This document shows positions 6,707 to 14,519 of a stretch of DNA of 30,339 bases, one piece after another (within the stretch, counting starts at the first letter, position 1; each line of letters starts with the position of its first letter). The stretch comes from an uncultured Ruminococcus sp. (GTDB lineage Bacteria; Bacillota; Clostridia; Oscillospirales; Acutalibacteraceae): assembly GCA_964543305.1 (NCBI GenBank), contig CAZIXG010000001.1:1-30339 (forward strand), written 5' to 3'. A program made the position numbers and the translations under genes. Below the pieces are notes generated by a model. The model made no database searches. It was not told where the DNA came from and saw only the letters and a list, made by a program, of their open reading frames with translations.

Positions 6707-7363
6707 ATGCAGGAACTTAACGGATACATAAAACTCTATAGAAAGTTAATTAAATGGGGTTGGTATCAGGATAGTGTTGTTAAAGACTTATTTCTCCACT
6801 TTCTTTTAACCGCATCATTTAAAGATTTTGAATGGATGGGTAGACACTTAAAAGCCGGTCAATTAATCACCGGTCGTAAAAGACTTGCCGAGGAATTAAA
6901 CTTTTCGGAAAGACAAATACGAACCGCAATGGAAAAATTAAGAAGTACGGGAGAAGTGACCTACGAAACGACCAACAAATTTACCATTGTAACCGTTGTA
7001 AATTGGGAAGATTATCAAATCAACGAGGAAATGCCGACCAAGTCAGCGACCAACGAGCGACCAACACTTTTGGATAAAATCTTGTTTGACCTTGTTGAAA
7101 AACTTGAAAAATCGACCAACGAAATGACCGACAAAAAAGAGTTTGAAAACCTTATAAACACTAGCGTTTTGGAAATTAAAAACTTTTTAGCGACCAACAA
7201 TTCAGCCAACGAGCGACCAACAAAAGACCAACAAGCGACCAACGAGCGACCACATCGTAATAATGTAAAGAATAATAAGAATGTAAAGAAATATAATACG
7301 CGCACGCGCGAAGGAGTTTATGGGGATAGCTATGCGGGTGTTAAGTATCTTGATGAGGATTAA
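6707..7363 (+). CDS. Replication initiator (replisome organizer)
   Basis: GYIKLYRK...W N-terminus, winged HTH (GRKRLAEELNFSERQIRTAM), internal iterons. Confidence 0.85.
   Translation: MQELNGYIKLYRKLIKWGWYQDSVVKDLFLHFLLTASFKDFEWMGRHLKAGQLITGRKRLAEELNFSERQIRTAMEKLRSTGEVTYETTNKFTIVTVVNWEDYQINEEMPTKSATNERPTLLDKILFDLVEKLEKSTNEMTDKKEFENLINTSVLEIKNFLATNNSANERPTKDQQATNERPHRNNVKNNKNVKKYNTRTREGVYGDSYAGVKYLDED
6969..7298 (+). repeat. Replication origin: iterons plus an AT-rich tract
   Basis: CGACCAAC at 6969, 7047, 7058, 7113, 7191, 7214, 7236 plus variants; exact 19-bp repeat AGCGACCAACGAGCGACCA at 7045 and 7234; AT-rich AATGTAAAGAA repeats follow. Confidence 0.85.
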
Positions 7364-7375
7364 GGAGGCGGCCGT

Positions 7376-8602
7376 GTGGAAAATTTTAATATTGAGGTTG
7401 AGCGCGCCGTCATTGGTGAGATATTAACCTTCGAAGCGTTAAGGGATAAAACGCTGCTCATTGATGAGGATGATTTTCATTTTCGTGAGCATAAGAAAAT
7501 TGTTGCCGCTATGCGTGAGCTTGCAGAGACAAACGGTGAGTATGATTTTATTGCAGTGGCTGCTAAATGTGGAAACGATTACCGCGCTGAAATACAAGCT
7601 TGCGTTCAGATAGCAGTTTCTATTGGTCTTTTCGAGGAGCATTTTAAACTGCTTAAGGAAATGGCAAGCCGCCGTAGGCTTATTGAGCAGTTTAATAAGT
7701 TGTCGCTTGAAGGTGATTTGTCGGTGCCTTCGGTGCAAAGGATGCTCGATGATGAGCAGGAGCGCCGTATATCAGATGATGTTATAAAGACAAACGATAA
7801 AAATATCGATAGCTTTTTAACCACATTAAATCTTAACAAGGGCGCAATATCCACAGGCTTTGGGATGATGGATAAAATGCTCGGAGGTATCAGAAACGGC
7901 ACGGTGTTTATTGTGGGTGCAAGACCGAGCACAGGTAAAACCTCTTTTGCGCTTAATATAGCGGCGAACCAGCTGAAGGATGAAACAAAGAAGGTAATGT
8001 TCTTTTCACTTGAAATGTCCGCCGAGATGATATATGAGCGTGTGGTGGCATCCAAGGGTTCCATTGAGTATGAGAAGTTTAGCCGAAACACGCTCTCGAC
8101 CGATGATTTGAATAAAACTGCCGAAATTGCGCTGAGCATTAGAGACAGCAAGCGCTTTTTAGTAATCGATGATGTTTATAACATTGAGCAGATATGCAAC
8201 CTTATAAGCGAAAACAGGCCGAGCCTTGCGGTTATCGACTTTATGCAAATTATCACCGCTATGGGGAGATTTGAGAATATCAGAAGCCGTATTGATTATG
8301 TTTCGGCTCTGCTTAAAAGGACAGCAAAAACAACCGGATGCGCGATTTTGGTTTTATCACAGCTTAGCCGCGCGGGCAAAGAGGCGCCAACTATGAGCGA
8401 CCTTAAGGAATCGGGCGGTCTTGAGCAGGATGGCGATTATATTGCTTTACTACATAGACCTTTTGTGCAGAACAAAAGCGGTGAGTTTGAGCCCGAGCAC
8501 ACAGTATTGATGCTTGATAAGAATAAATTTGGGCGCACAGGAAAAATCGACTTGTATTTTGATTTGAAGTATCAGCGGTTTTCGGAAATTATGAGAAAAT
8601 AA
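7376..8602 (+). CDS. dnaB: Replicative DnaB-family helicase
   Basis: GARPSTGKT, FFSLEM, VIDFMQ, LSQLSR, SDLKESGGLEQD, KNKFG motifs. Confidence 0.95.
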   Translation: MENFNIEVERAVIGEILTFEALRDKTLLIDEDDFHFREHKKIVAAMRELAETNGEYDFIAVAAKCGNDYRAEIQACVQIAVSIGLFEEHFKLLKEMASRRRLIEQFNKLSLEGDLSVPSVQRMLDDEQERRISDDVIKTNDKNIDSFLTTLNLNKGAISTGFGMMDKMLGGIRNGTVFIVGARPSTGKTSFALNIAANQLKDETKKVMFFSLEMSAEMIYERVVASKGSIEYEKFSRNTLSTDDLNKTAEIALSIRDSKRFLVIDDVYNIEQICNLISENRPSLAVIDFMQIITAMGRFENIRSRIDYVSALLKRTAKTTGCAILVLSQLSRAGKEAPTMSDLKESGGLEQDGDYIALLHRPFVQNKSGEFEPEHTVLMLDKNKFGRTGKIDLYFDLKYQRFSEIMRK

Positions 8603-8615
8603 ATGGAGGATTATT

Positions 8616-8738
8616 ATGAGTTATAAAGATAGATTACAGCGCTATGAACAGGAAAAAGCGAAGCTTCGTATGCAACCTCTGAGCGACCGCGAATACGAGC
8701 AGGCCATAAAGCGCCTTGCGGATAAGTGGAGGATATGA
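8616..8738 (+). CDS. Hypothetical 40-aa helical protein
   Basis: Manual translation MSYKDRLQRYEQEKAKL...ADKWRI*; SD GGAGG. Confidence 0.65.
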   Translation: MSYKDRLQRYEQEKAKLRMQPLSDREYEQAIKRLADKWRI

Positions 8739-8739
8739 T

Positions 8740-8844
8740 ATGCACTGGAACTGGACAAGCTATATTTTAGGCATAGCCACGGTGCTTTTGATATGCACGG
8801 TAATTATGGTGGCTATCGTGTTATGGAGTGAGAGAAGGAAATGA
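8740..8844 (+). CDS. 34-aa single-TM peptide
   Basis: Manual translation MHWNWTSYILGIATVLLICTVIMVAIVLWSERRK*; SD GGAGG; ATGA overlap with the next gene. Confidence 0.65.
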   Translation: MHWNWTSYILGIATVLLICTVIMVAIVLWSERRK

Positions 8845-9134
8845 AAAAATGTGTTATATGCGGTGAGCCTTGTAAAAGTAAATACTGTTCAGAACAGTGT
8901 GCTAAAGAAGGCTGGAATAGAGCTCGCCGCCGAGCTTACAGAGAACAGCATCCGGCCACAGAAAATTTTTATGTGTTTTACGATAAGGATGATTTTGTCG
9001 AGTGCTGCGGCACAGAGGCGCAATTAATTGCGGATAAAACCTTTCCTTCGGTATCGGCAATACGCTCGCGCGCAAGCAGACTTAAAAAAGGCATATATAG
9101 GGGGAATGTCCTAATTCTTAAATGCCGCGTTTAA
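8841..9134 (+). CDS. Zn-finger protein, possibly DNA-binding
   Basis: CVICG...YCSEQC; basic C-terminus. Confidence 0.7.
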   Translation: MKKCVICGEPCKSKYCSEQCAKEGWNRARRRAYREQHPATENFYVFYDKDDFVECCGTEAQLIADKTFPSVSAIRSRASRLKKGIYRGNVLILKCRV

Positions 9135-9155
9135 AGAGAAAAAGAGGAAATAAAG

Positions 9156-9785
9156 ATGTTACCTAAAATTCCAGACGATATTTATAATAATCGTTGCAAA
9201 TACTGTCGTCACTTTATCGAAGGTAAAGAAAATCGCGAAATAAAGAACAATGAAATATGGAGATATAACGACAATCCTTGTGTTTGTAATATTCAGTGTA
9301 TAGCACAATATAAACACCAAGAGCACGATGATAATTGGCGTGAGTTTTGGTATGTACCATACGACGATGGTGAGTGTAGAAGCTTTACTCCCTCGGTTGG
9401 ATATCCAATATGTAACTATTGCGAATATTATAATTCATTTATGAATGAACAAAAATATTGCACTATTACACCAAAAAACCGCAGAATTGCCGTTATAGGC
9501 AATCAGTATGGCGGCGAACATTGGGAGTACGCTTATATGATTTGCGATAAATGGAAAATGGATTCCATTTGGCAAAGAAACGCTCTTGAATATGTTGCTC
9601 GCGGCAGGTTGCCTGCTATATTTAACCCAAACACATTTAAACTTTTAAAGCCTCAAGAAGAAAATACGGCAGCAGAAAAATGGGCGATTATTGTAAAAGA
9701 GCAAAAAGAAAAGATACAAAAACTTGCAGTTGCAGAGGCGGAAGCCAAAAAAACCGATGAAAACGGTCAATATAAATTGTTATAG
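9156..9785 (+). CDS. Cys-rich hypothetical protein
   Basis: 209-aa ORF with two CxYC motifs (CKYC, CNYC); SD GAGG. Confidence 0.75.
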   Translation: MLPKIPDDIYNNRCKYCRHFIEGKENREIKNNEIWRYNDNPCVCNIQCIAQYKHQEHDDNWREFWYVPYDDGECRSFTPSVGYPICNYCEYYNSFMNEQKYCTITPKNRRIAVIGNQYGGEHWEYAYMICDKWKMDSIWQRNALEYVARGRLPAIFNPNTFKLLKPQEENTAAEKWAIIVKEQKEKIQKLAVAEAEAKKTDENGQYKLL

Positions 9786-9796
9786 GAGGTAACAAT

Positions 9797-10036
9797 ATGC
9801 AAATAACCCACAGAGGAACGACTGCCGTTCAAGACGAGCGTAATCATCACATTATGATATTTGATGAAAGCGGCGCTGCAGCTATGCATTGCACGGTAGA
9901 AAGACCGCTTTCCGAAAACGAGCTTAAAAGCACGATAGATAATTATTTTCTTATTACAGGAAATATACGCGAAAAGCATCCGCCCAAGCGTAATTGGAAA
10001 GATGCTTTTATGAACACTTTCTTAGGGAGGTATTAG
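9797..10036 (+). CDS. Hypothetical protein
   Basis: SD AGGAGGT; operon continuity. Confidence 0.7.
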   Translation: MQITHRGTTAVQDERNHHIMIFDESGAAAMHCTVERPLSENELKSTIDNYFLITGNIREKHPPKRNWKDAFMNTFLGRY

Positions 10037-10037
10037 G

Positions 10038-10286
10038 ATGTCAGAAGTAAGCTTAATTAACGGACATATAGATGAGCCGAAAAGAGAAACGAATTATGAC
10101 CAAGTAAAAGCCATGAGCGTTGAGCAAATGGCGGACTTTATGTATGATGCTGTGGATAAGATTTGCTTTGAAAGGTGCTCAAAAGAAACAGGAAATGAAT
10201 TTTGCTGTAAGCACGGCGAGGATGTAAGGCCTGAGTCGTGCATCAACTGCATAAAGCATTGGCTTGAAAGCGAGGTAACGGAATGA
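10038..10286 (+). CDS. Hypothetical nin-region protein
   Basis: TNYDQVKAMSVEQMA...CINCIKHWLESE pattern typical of Firmicutes phage accessory genes; SD GGAGG. Confidence 0.75.
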   Translation: MSEVSLINGHIDEPKRETNYDQVKAMSVEQMADFMYDAVDKICFERCSKETGNEFCCKHGEDVRPESCINCIKHWLESEVTE

Positions 10287-10432
10287 GTACACCATACGAA
10301 ACTTGTTCCGAGCCTTTATGGTGTGAGGACTGCATACACTTTTGTAATGCCGATATGGGCGGTGAGGGTATGTGTGATATTGATAATCACGATACTTGGT
10401 ATGGTTGCCCTATCTGTGAAAAGCAGAGTTAA
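10283..10432 (+). CDS. 49-aa Cys-rich protein
   Basis: Manual translation MSTPYETCSEPLWCEDCIHFC...CPICEKQS*; ATGA overlap. Confidence 0.6.
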   Translation: MSTPYETCSEPLWCEDCIHFCNADMGGEGMCDIDNHDTWYGCPICEKQS

Positions 10433-10454
10433 AAGAAAGCGAGGTTGATACCGA

Positions 10455-10634
10455 ATGACAATAACTAAAGTGTACTGTGACCATTGTGGGAAAGTGCTTG
10501 ATAATATGTCAGACTATATCGGCTTAAAATTTGATGTTTTCCATAAAATGTACAATGTTGATTTATGTGCGAACTGTTTTGAAAAACTTGACGAAAAAAT
10601 AAGAGAGTTTTGCAAAAGGAGTGATACCGAATGA
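10455..10634 (+). CDS. 59-aa Zn-finger protein
   Basis: Manual translation MTITKVYCDHCGK...DLCANCF...SDTE*; SD GAGGT; ATGA overlap downstream. Confidence 0.7.
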   Translation: MTITKVYCDHCGKVLDNMSDYIGLKFDVFHKMYNVDLCANCFEKLDEKIREFCKRSDTE

Positions 10635-11257
10635 CCGATAAATTAAAGCCTTGTCCGTTTTGTGGTGAGGCTAACCGAATTCATATCCGAAAGCAAGGAA
10701 ATCACGCATACAGAGTTATATGTCACGCTTGCGGTGCTTTAGGACCTTATGCAAAAGTTGAGGAATGGCACAAAGACAAGTTTATTGCACAGGGACAGGC
10801 TAAAAAATTGTGGAATACGAGGTGTAAAACAATGACCAATAGAGATAGGCTGATAGAGTTGTGTAATCAAAAAATAAGCACAATGAAATTTAATAATAGC
10901 GACCATTGGTTTGATTTTAACGAACGGATAAGCGAAATTGCCGACCACCTTTTATCAAACGGTGTTATCGTACCGCCTTGTAAGGTTGGTGATGAAATTT
11001 GGGTTATAGACCGTGAGGACGGCGAAGCGGTTGACATATCGTGTGTTATGTTTCTTGCTAAATCAAAAGGTTGCATAATTGCTACTTCTTGGATTAATGA
11101 TTATGAGCTTGACGAAACGCTTGAATATCACATAAACGAAACGCAAGAAAATTTTGATACCGATTTAAAGGTTTATCCTGATGAAGATTGTTTCCTCACC
11201 AAAGAGGAAGCAGAAAAGGCATTAAAGGCGTTAAAGGAGCGTGAGGGGAATGTTTAA
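10631..11257 (+). CDS. Lar-like (restriction alleviation) Zn domain fused in frame to a second phage accessory protein
   Basis: LKPCPFCG...CHACG...WNTR is Lar-like; internal SD GAGGTG plus ATG 10832 starts MTNRDRL...PCKVGD...FLTKEEAEKAL. Confidence 0.7.
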   Translation: MTDKLKPCPFCGEANRIHIRKQGNHAYRVICHACGALGPYAKVEEWHKDKFIAQGQAKKLWNTRCKTMTNRDRLIELCNQKISTMKFNNSDHWFDFNERISEIADHLLSNGVIVPPCKVGDEIWVIDREDGEAVDISCVMFLAKSKGCIIATSWINDYELDETLEYHINETQENFDTDLKVYPDEDCFLTKEEAEKALKALKEREGNV

Positions 11258-11849
11258 ATTTATTAAGCAATTATTTTGCCGTCACGATTTTATAGACGAA
11301 TATATTTCAATCGGTTATCACATTCGAAACGGTGTGGAATATTTGCCTTATTTAAGAACTTGCAAAAAATGCTGGAAACAAAAGTTGATTATTAAAAAAG
11401 GAGTGAGCAAAATGCCCGATAAAAAACTAACCGACAGCGAGATTATAAAGGCTTTGGAGTGTTGCCACGAAAACAGCGATTGCGGAGATTGTATGTTTGC
11501 TTTGCATAGGACACACGATGGGACTTGTGTGGATATGTTACATACAAATGCCCTTGACTTAATCAACCGCCTACAGGCAGAGAATGAGAGGTTAAGCAAA
11601 AAAAATATAGCATTAAATAGATGTGCTATACCTTCAAGCGGTACTATTCTTAAAGTTGGTAATGCCCTTTTATTTGCTGAAAAGGAAGAAGATTATGCCA
11701 CTACAATAAACACAATCAAAGCCGAAGCATACAAAGAGTTTGCGGAAGAAATAGAAAATATAAATTTAAGTAATTCAGATGATTATTTTGAATTTAAGCG
11801 AAGTAGGTTTGACAACCTCTTAAAAGAATTGGTGGGTGATAGTGAATGA
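11250..11849 (+). CDS. Small Zn-binding domain fused in frame to a second accessory protein
   Basis: MFKFIKQLFCRHDF...CKKC; internal SD AAGGAG plus ATG 11412 starts MPDKKLTDSEIIKALECC. Confidence 0.7.
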   Translation: MFKFIKQLFCRHDFIDEYISIGYHIRNGVEYLPYLRTCKKCWKQKLIIKKGVSKMPDKKLTDSEIIKALECCHENSDCGDCMFALHRTHDGTCVDMLHTNALDLINRLQAENERLSKKNIALNRCAIPSSGTILKVGNALLFAEKEEDYATTINTIKAEAYKEFAEEIENINLSNSDDYFEFKRSRFDNLLKELVGDSE

Positions 11850-12124
11850 AAGTTAAAGTTGGTGATATTATTCTCAACGAATGGGCGAGTAAAACAAACC
11901 CTGTAAGAATATCAATAGTTATTAAGAAAGTAGGACAGTATGTTTATTGTTGGCATATAGCCAATGACGGCAAAGAAAATAGGTTAGAACAATGCCGTTA
12001 TTATACTAACCATATCAAAGAAAACAAGGAAAATAAATACCACATAATCGGTCATTGTGATTATATAACACATATTTGTGAAGCATTACGAAAGGCAAAA
12101 GAATTGGTGGGTGAGGATAAATGA
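11846..12124 (+). CDS. Hypothetical protein
   Basis: ATGA-coupled on both sides; flanked by an 18-bp direct repeat. Confidence 0.7.
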   Translation: MKVKVGDIILNEWASKTNPVRISIVIKKVGQYVYCWHIANDGKENRLEQCRYYTNHIKENKENKYHIIGHCDYITHICEALRKAKELVGEDK

Positions 12125-12345
12125 CTTGTAAAGAATGTGGAGCAAATATGTTCTTAGATGATAAGGACTTTAATTTTAAAGGCAACTACGACAATTATTG
12201 GTGTTGCGAAAAATGCCAAACATCGTGCATAGAGCAAATTAGATTCGGTCAGCGTTTTAAGGAAATATGGCACTCAGAAAATAACGAAGAAGTTAAAGAT
12301 TATGAAATTAAGCGCAAAATCATAAGGAGTGAGGATAATGGGTGA
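12121..12345 (+). CDS. Zn-ribbon protein
   Basis: MTCKECG...CCEKC. Confidence 0.7.
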   Translation: MTCKECGANMFLDDKDFNFKGNYDNYWCCEKCQTSCIEQIRFGQRFKEIWHSENNEEVKDYEIKRKIIRSEDNG

Positions 12346-12634
12346 TAACAAGCTTTACCCTCGCGTCTGCAAGTATTGCGGAGTAGAGTTTAAAAGTCCT
12401 TCGGCGGGTAAGCTGCTCTGCCCTGAGTGCGAAAGCAAAAGCCGAAATAAAGCGCGCGAGAAATATCGCAAAAAGAAAAAGGCGCTACCCTGCGAGGTAA
12501 TCCCCATAGGCTCTATGGTGCACATAATCGAGCAGTACAACGCATCCCACGGGACAAGTTATACATACGGGCAGTTTGTTGAAAAAATGCATGACGACAG
12601 CGTAAAAGAGTTTATAAAAAAACACCTTGACTAA
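12338..12634 (+). CDS. Zn-finger protein, last early gene (candidate late regulator)
   Basis: CKYCG...CPEC, basic stretch, YNASHGTSYTYGQFV; ATG 12338 after SD GGAGTGAGG. Confidence 0.65.
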   Translation: MGDNKLYPRVCKYCGVEFKSPSAGKLLCPECESKSRNKAREKYRKKKKALPCEVIPIGSMVHIIEQYNASHGTSYTYGQFVEKMHDDSVKEFIKKHLD

Positions 12635-12654
12635 GGGGATAAGCTGGATAAAAT
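12627..12654 (+). promoter_or_regulatory. Candidate sigmaA promoter upstream of the packaging genes
   Basis: TTGACT (12627-12632), 16 bp, TAAAAT (12649-12654). Confidence 0.5.
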
Positions 12655-12760
12655 TAAATTAGAAGGTTATTTTTAAGGAGCTGATGCAGTGCAAAAGTCA
12701 AGTAAATACAGCCTGATGCTATGTGCAGTATCGGCTATCCCCTTTTTGTGAGGTGGTAGG

Positions 12761-13249
12761 GTGGCTAATATAAATTGGCTCTCTATCAAAAATGATTATA
12801 TAACATCTAATCCTAAAATAGCTTATAAAGATTTATCTAAAAAATATGGGGTTTCAATATCTTCTATCGAGAAAAAAGCGGCAGAAGAAAAATGGCGAGA
12901 ATTGAGAAATGAGAATTGCAGAAACATTGAAACAAGTGTGCAGGAAAAAACCTCTGAAAAAATTATAAGTTTAGAAGTTAACCGCATAGAAAAATTACTC
13001 GAATCATCGGATAAAGCACAAGTCCAAATCGACCTTGCATTAGGGCAACTTAATAAGCGTGTTGATATGTTTGGTAATGTGCACGACTGCGAAGTAATAG
13101 ATGTTAGCCGCTTAAAAAAGCTTACAACTGCATTGAAAGAAATAAGGGATATTTTAAAAGATGATACAAATACCGATGAGAGCAAACGGCAAGTACAAAG
13201 TCATAGCGCTCTTATTGATGCTATAAAGCAATACGATGCAGATAACTAA
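12761..13249 (+). CDS. terS: Terminase small subunit
   Basis: INWLSIKNDY...DLSKKYGVSISSIEKKAAEEKW HTH; immediately upstream of terL. Confidence 0.8.
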   Translation: MANINWLSIKNDYITSNPKIAYKDLSKKYGVSISSIEKKAAEEKWRELRNENCRNIETSVQEKTSEKIISLEVNRIEKLLESSDKAQVQIDLALGQLNKRVDMFGNVHDCEVIDVSRLKKLTTALKEIRDILKDDTNTDESKRQVQSHSALIDAIKQYDADN

Positions 13250-14507
13250 TCTAAGTAAAAAGCAAAAAGAAATACTTCGTTTTATTGTAGAGGATAAAAA
13301 CACCATTGTTTGTGATGGCGCAGTCCGCTCGGGAAAGACGATTATAATGACCTATGCTTTTATAGCGTGGGCTATGGAAAATTTCAACAAAACAAATTTT
13401 GCTATATGTGGAAAAACCGTAAGCAATGCTGAGCGTAATATATTAAAGCCTTTTCAACAAATAGAACAACCGCAATATTCGTTGCGCTACAAAATCAGCA
13501 ATAGAATGCTTACTGTTAAATGCGGGCAAAAGGAAAACTACTTCTATTTGTTTGGCGGTAAAGACGAGAGCAGCTATGCACTAATACAGGGCTTAACCCT
13601 TGCGGGCGTTCTGTTCGATGAAGTAGCACTTATGCCGCAGTCCTTTGTAGACCAAGCTATTGCCAGAACATTAAGCTATAAAAACGCAAAGATATGGTTT
13701 AACTGCAATCCCGAAAGCCCTAATCATTGGTTTTACAAAGAATGGATAACCAACGAGGAAAAGGATTTTAAGCATTTGCACTTTCTTATGCACGATAATC
13801 CTATATTAGGCGAGGAAGAAATAAAGCGCGCAGAAAGCCTCTTTACGGGTGTTTTTTACGAGCGATATATATTGGGACGCTGGGTAAGAGCTGAGGGTAT
13901 TATCTTCCCCGACTTCGCAGCCGACCCGACACCGCATATCATATCATCTAACGATTTACTTGAAAAAGATTATCGTGGCAAGATTACACCGAAAAAATAT
14001 AAGCGGGTTGAGGTTGGTTTTGATTTAGGCGGTAACGGCTCTGCCTATGCTTTAACCGCAACCGCGCAGGGATATGATAACAAATACTATGTGCTAAAAT
14101 CACAAAAAACGCAGGCGGATGAGCTTAATATGGAAGATATAGAGAAACTTGTTGCCGAGTTTTGTGAAGCCGTAGAGAGCAAATACAACTGTAGGATAAG
14201 CATTTTAAACTGCGACCATATCGCTGTAATAGTGAATTCAATAAACGACAATACAAAATATCGAGCTGATTTGACATATAAACCACCGCTTGAAGACAGA
14301 CCGTTCACTATGAGCAAGCTTTTAGCGGATAAAAAGATAAAGTTTGTTGAAGGAGAATGCGATGATTTGATAGACGAGCTGCAAAACCTTGTCTTTGACG
14401 ATAAATCTGATAGACCAATTCCACTTGACGATGGCTCAATGCAGATAGACACCTGGGATAGTTTTATTTACAGCATTTCGGGTAATTGGAATTATATTGA
14501 CATTTAG
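13236..14507 (+). CDS. terL: Terminase large subunit, PBSX family
   Basis: GAVRSGKT Walker A, LFDEVAL Walker B, NCNPESPNHW, GFDLGG nuclease motif. Confidence 0.95.
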   Translation: MQITNLSKKQKEILRFIVEDKNTIVCDGAVRSGKTIIMTYAFIAWAMENFNKTNFAICGKTVSNAERNILKPFQQIEQPQYSLRYKISNRMLTVKCGQKENYFYLFGGKDESSYALIQGLTLAGVLFDEVALMPQSFVDQAIARTLSYKNAKIWFNCNPESPNHWFYKEWITNEEKDFKHLHFLMHDNPILGEEEIKRAESLFTGVFYERYILGRWVRAEGIIFPDFAADPTPHIISSNDLLEKDYRGKITPKKYKRVEVGFDLGGNGSAYALTATAQGYDNKYYVLKSQKTQADELNMEDIEKLVAEFCEAVESKYNCRISILNCDHIAVIVNSINDNTKYRADLTYKPPLEDRPFTMSKLLADKKIKFVEGECDDLIDELQNLVFDDKSDRPIPLDDGSMQIDTWDSFIYSISGNWNYIDI

Positions 14508-14519
14508 GAGCTGATAGCA

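Noticed and set aside
6969..7254. Repeats as a CRISPR or other novel array
   Set aside because: Short, irregularly spaced and inside the initiator gene; explained as iterons.
12676..12720. Hammerhead ribozyme suggested by two CTGATG motifs
   Set aside because: The core needs CUGAnGA and GAAA; here it is CTGATGC with no matching stems.
14505..14519. TerL-portal fusion by TAG read-through or recoding (same frame)
   Set aside because: An SD overlaps the stop, TAG terminates many other genes normally, and no suppressor tRNA is present.
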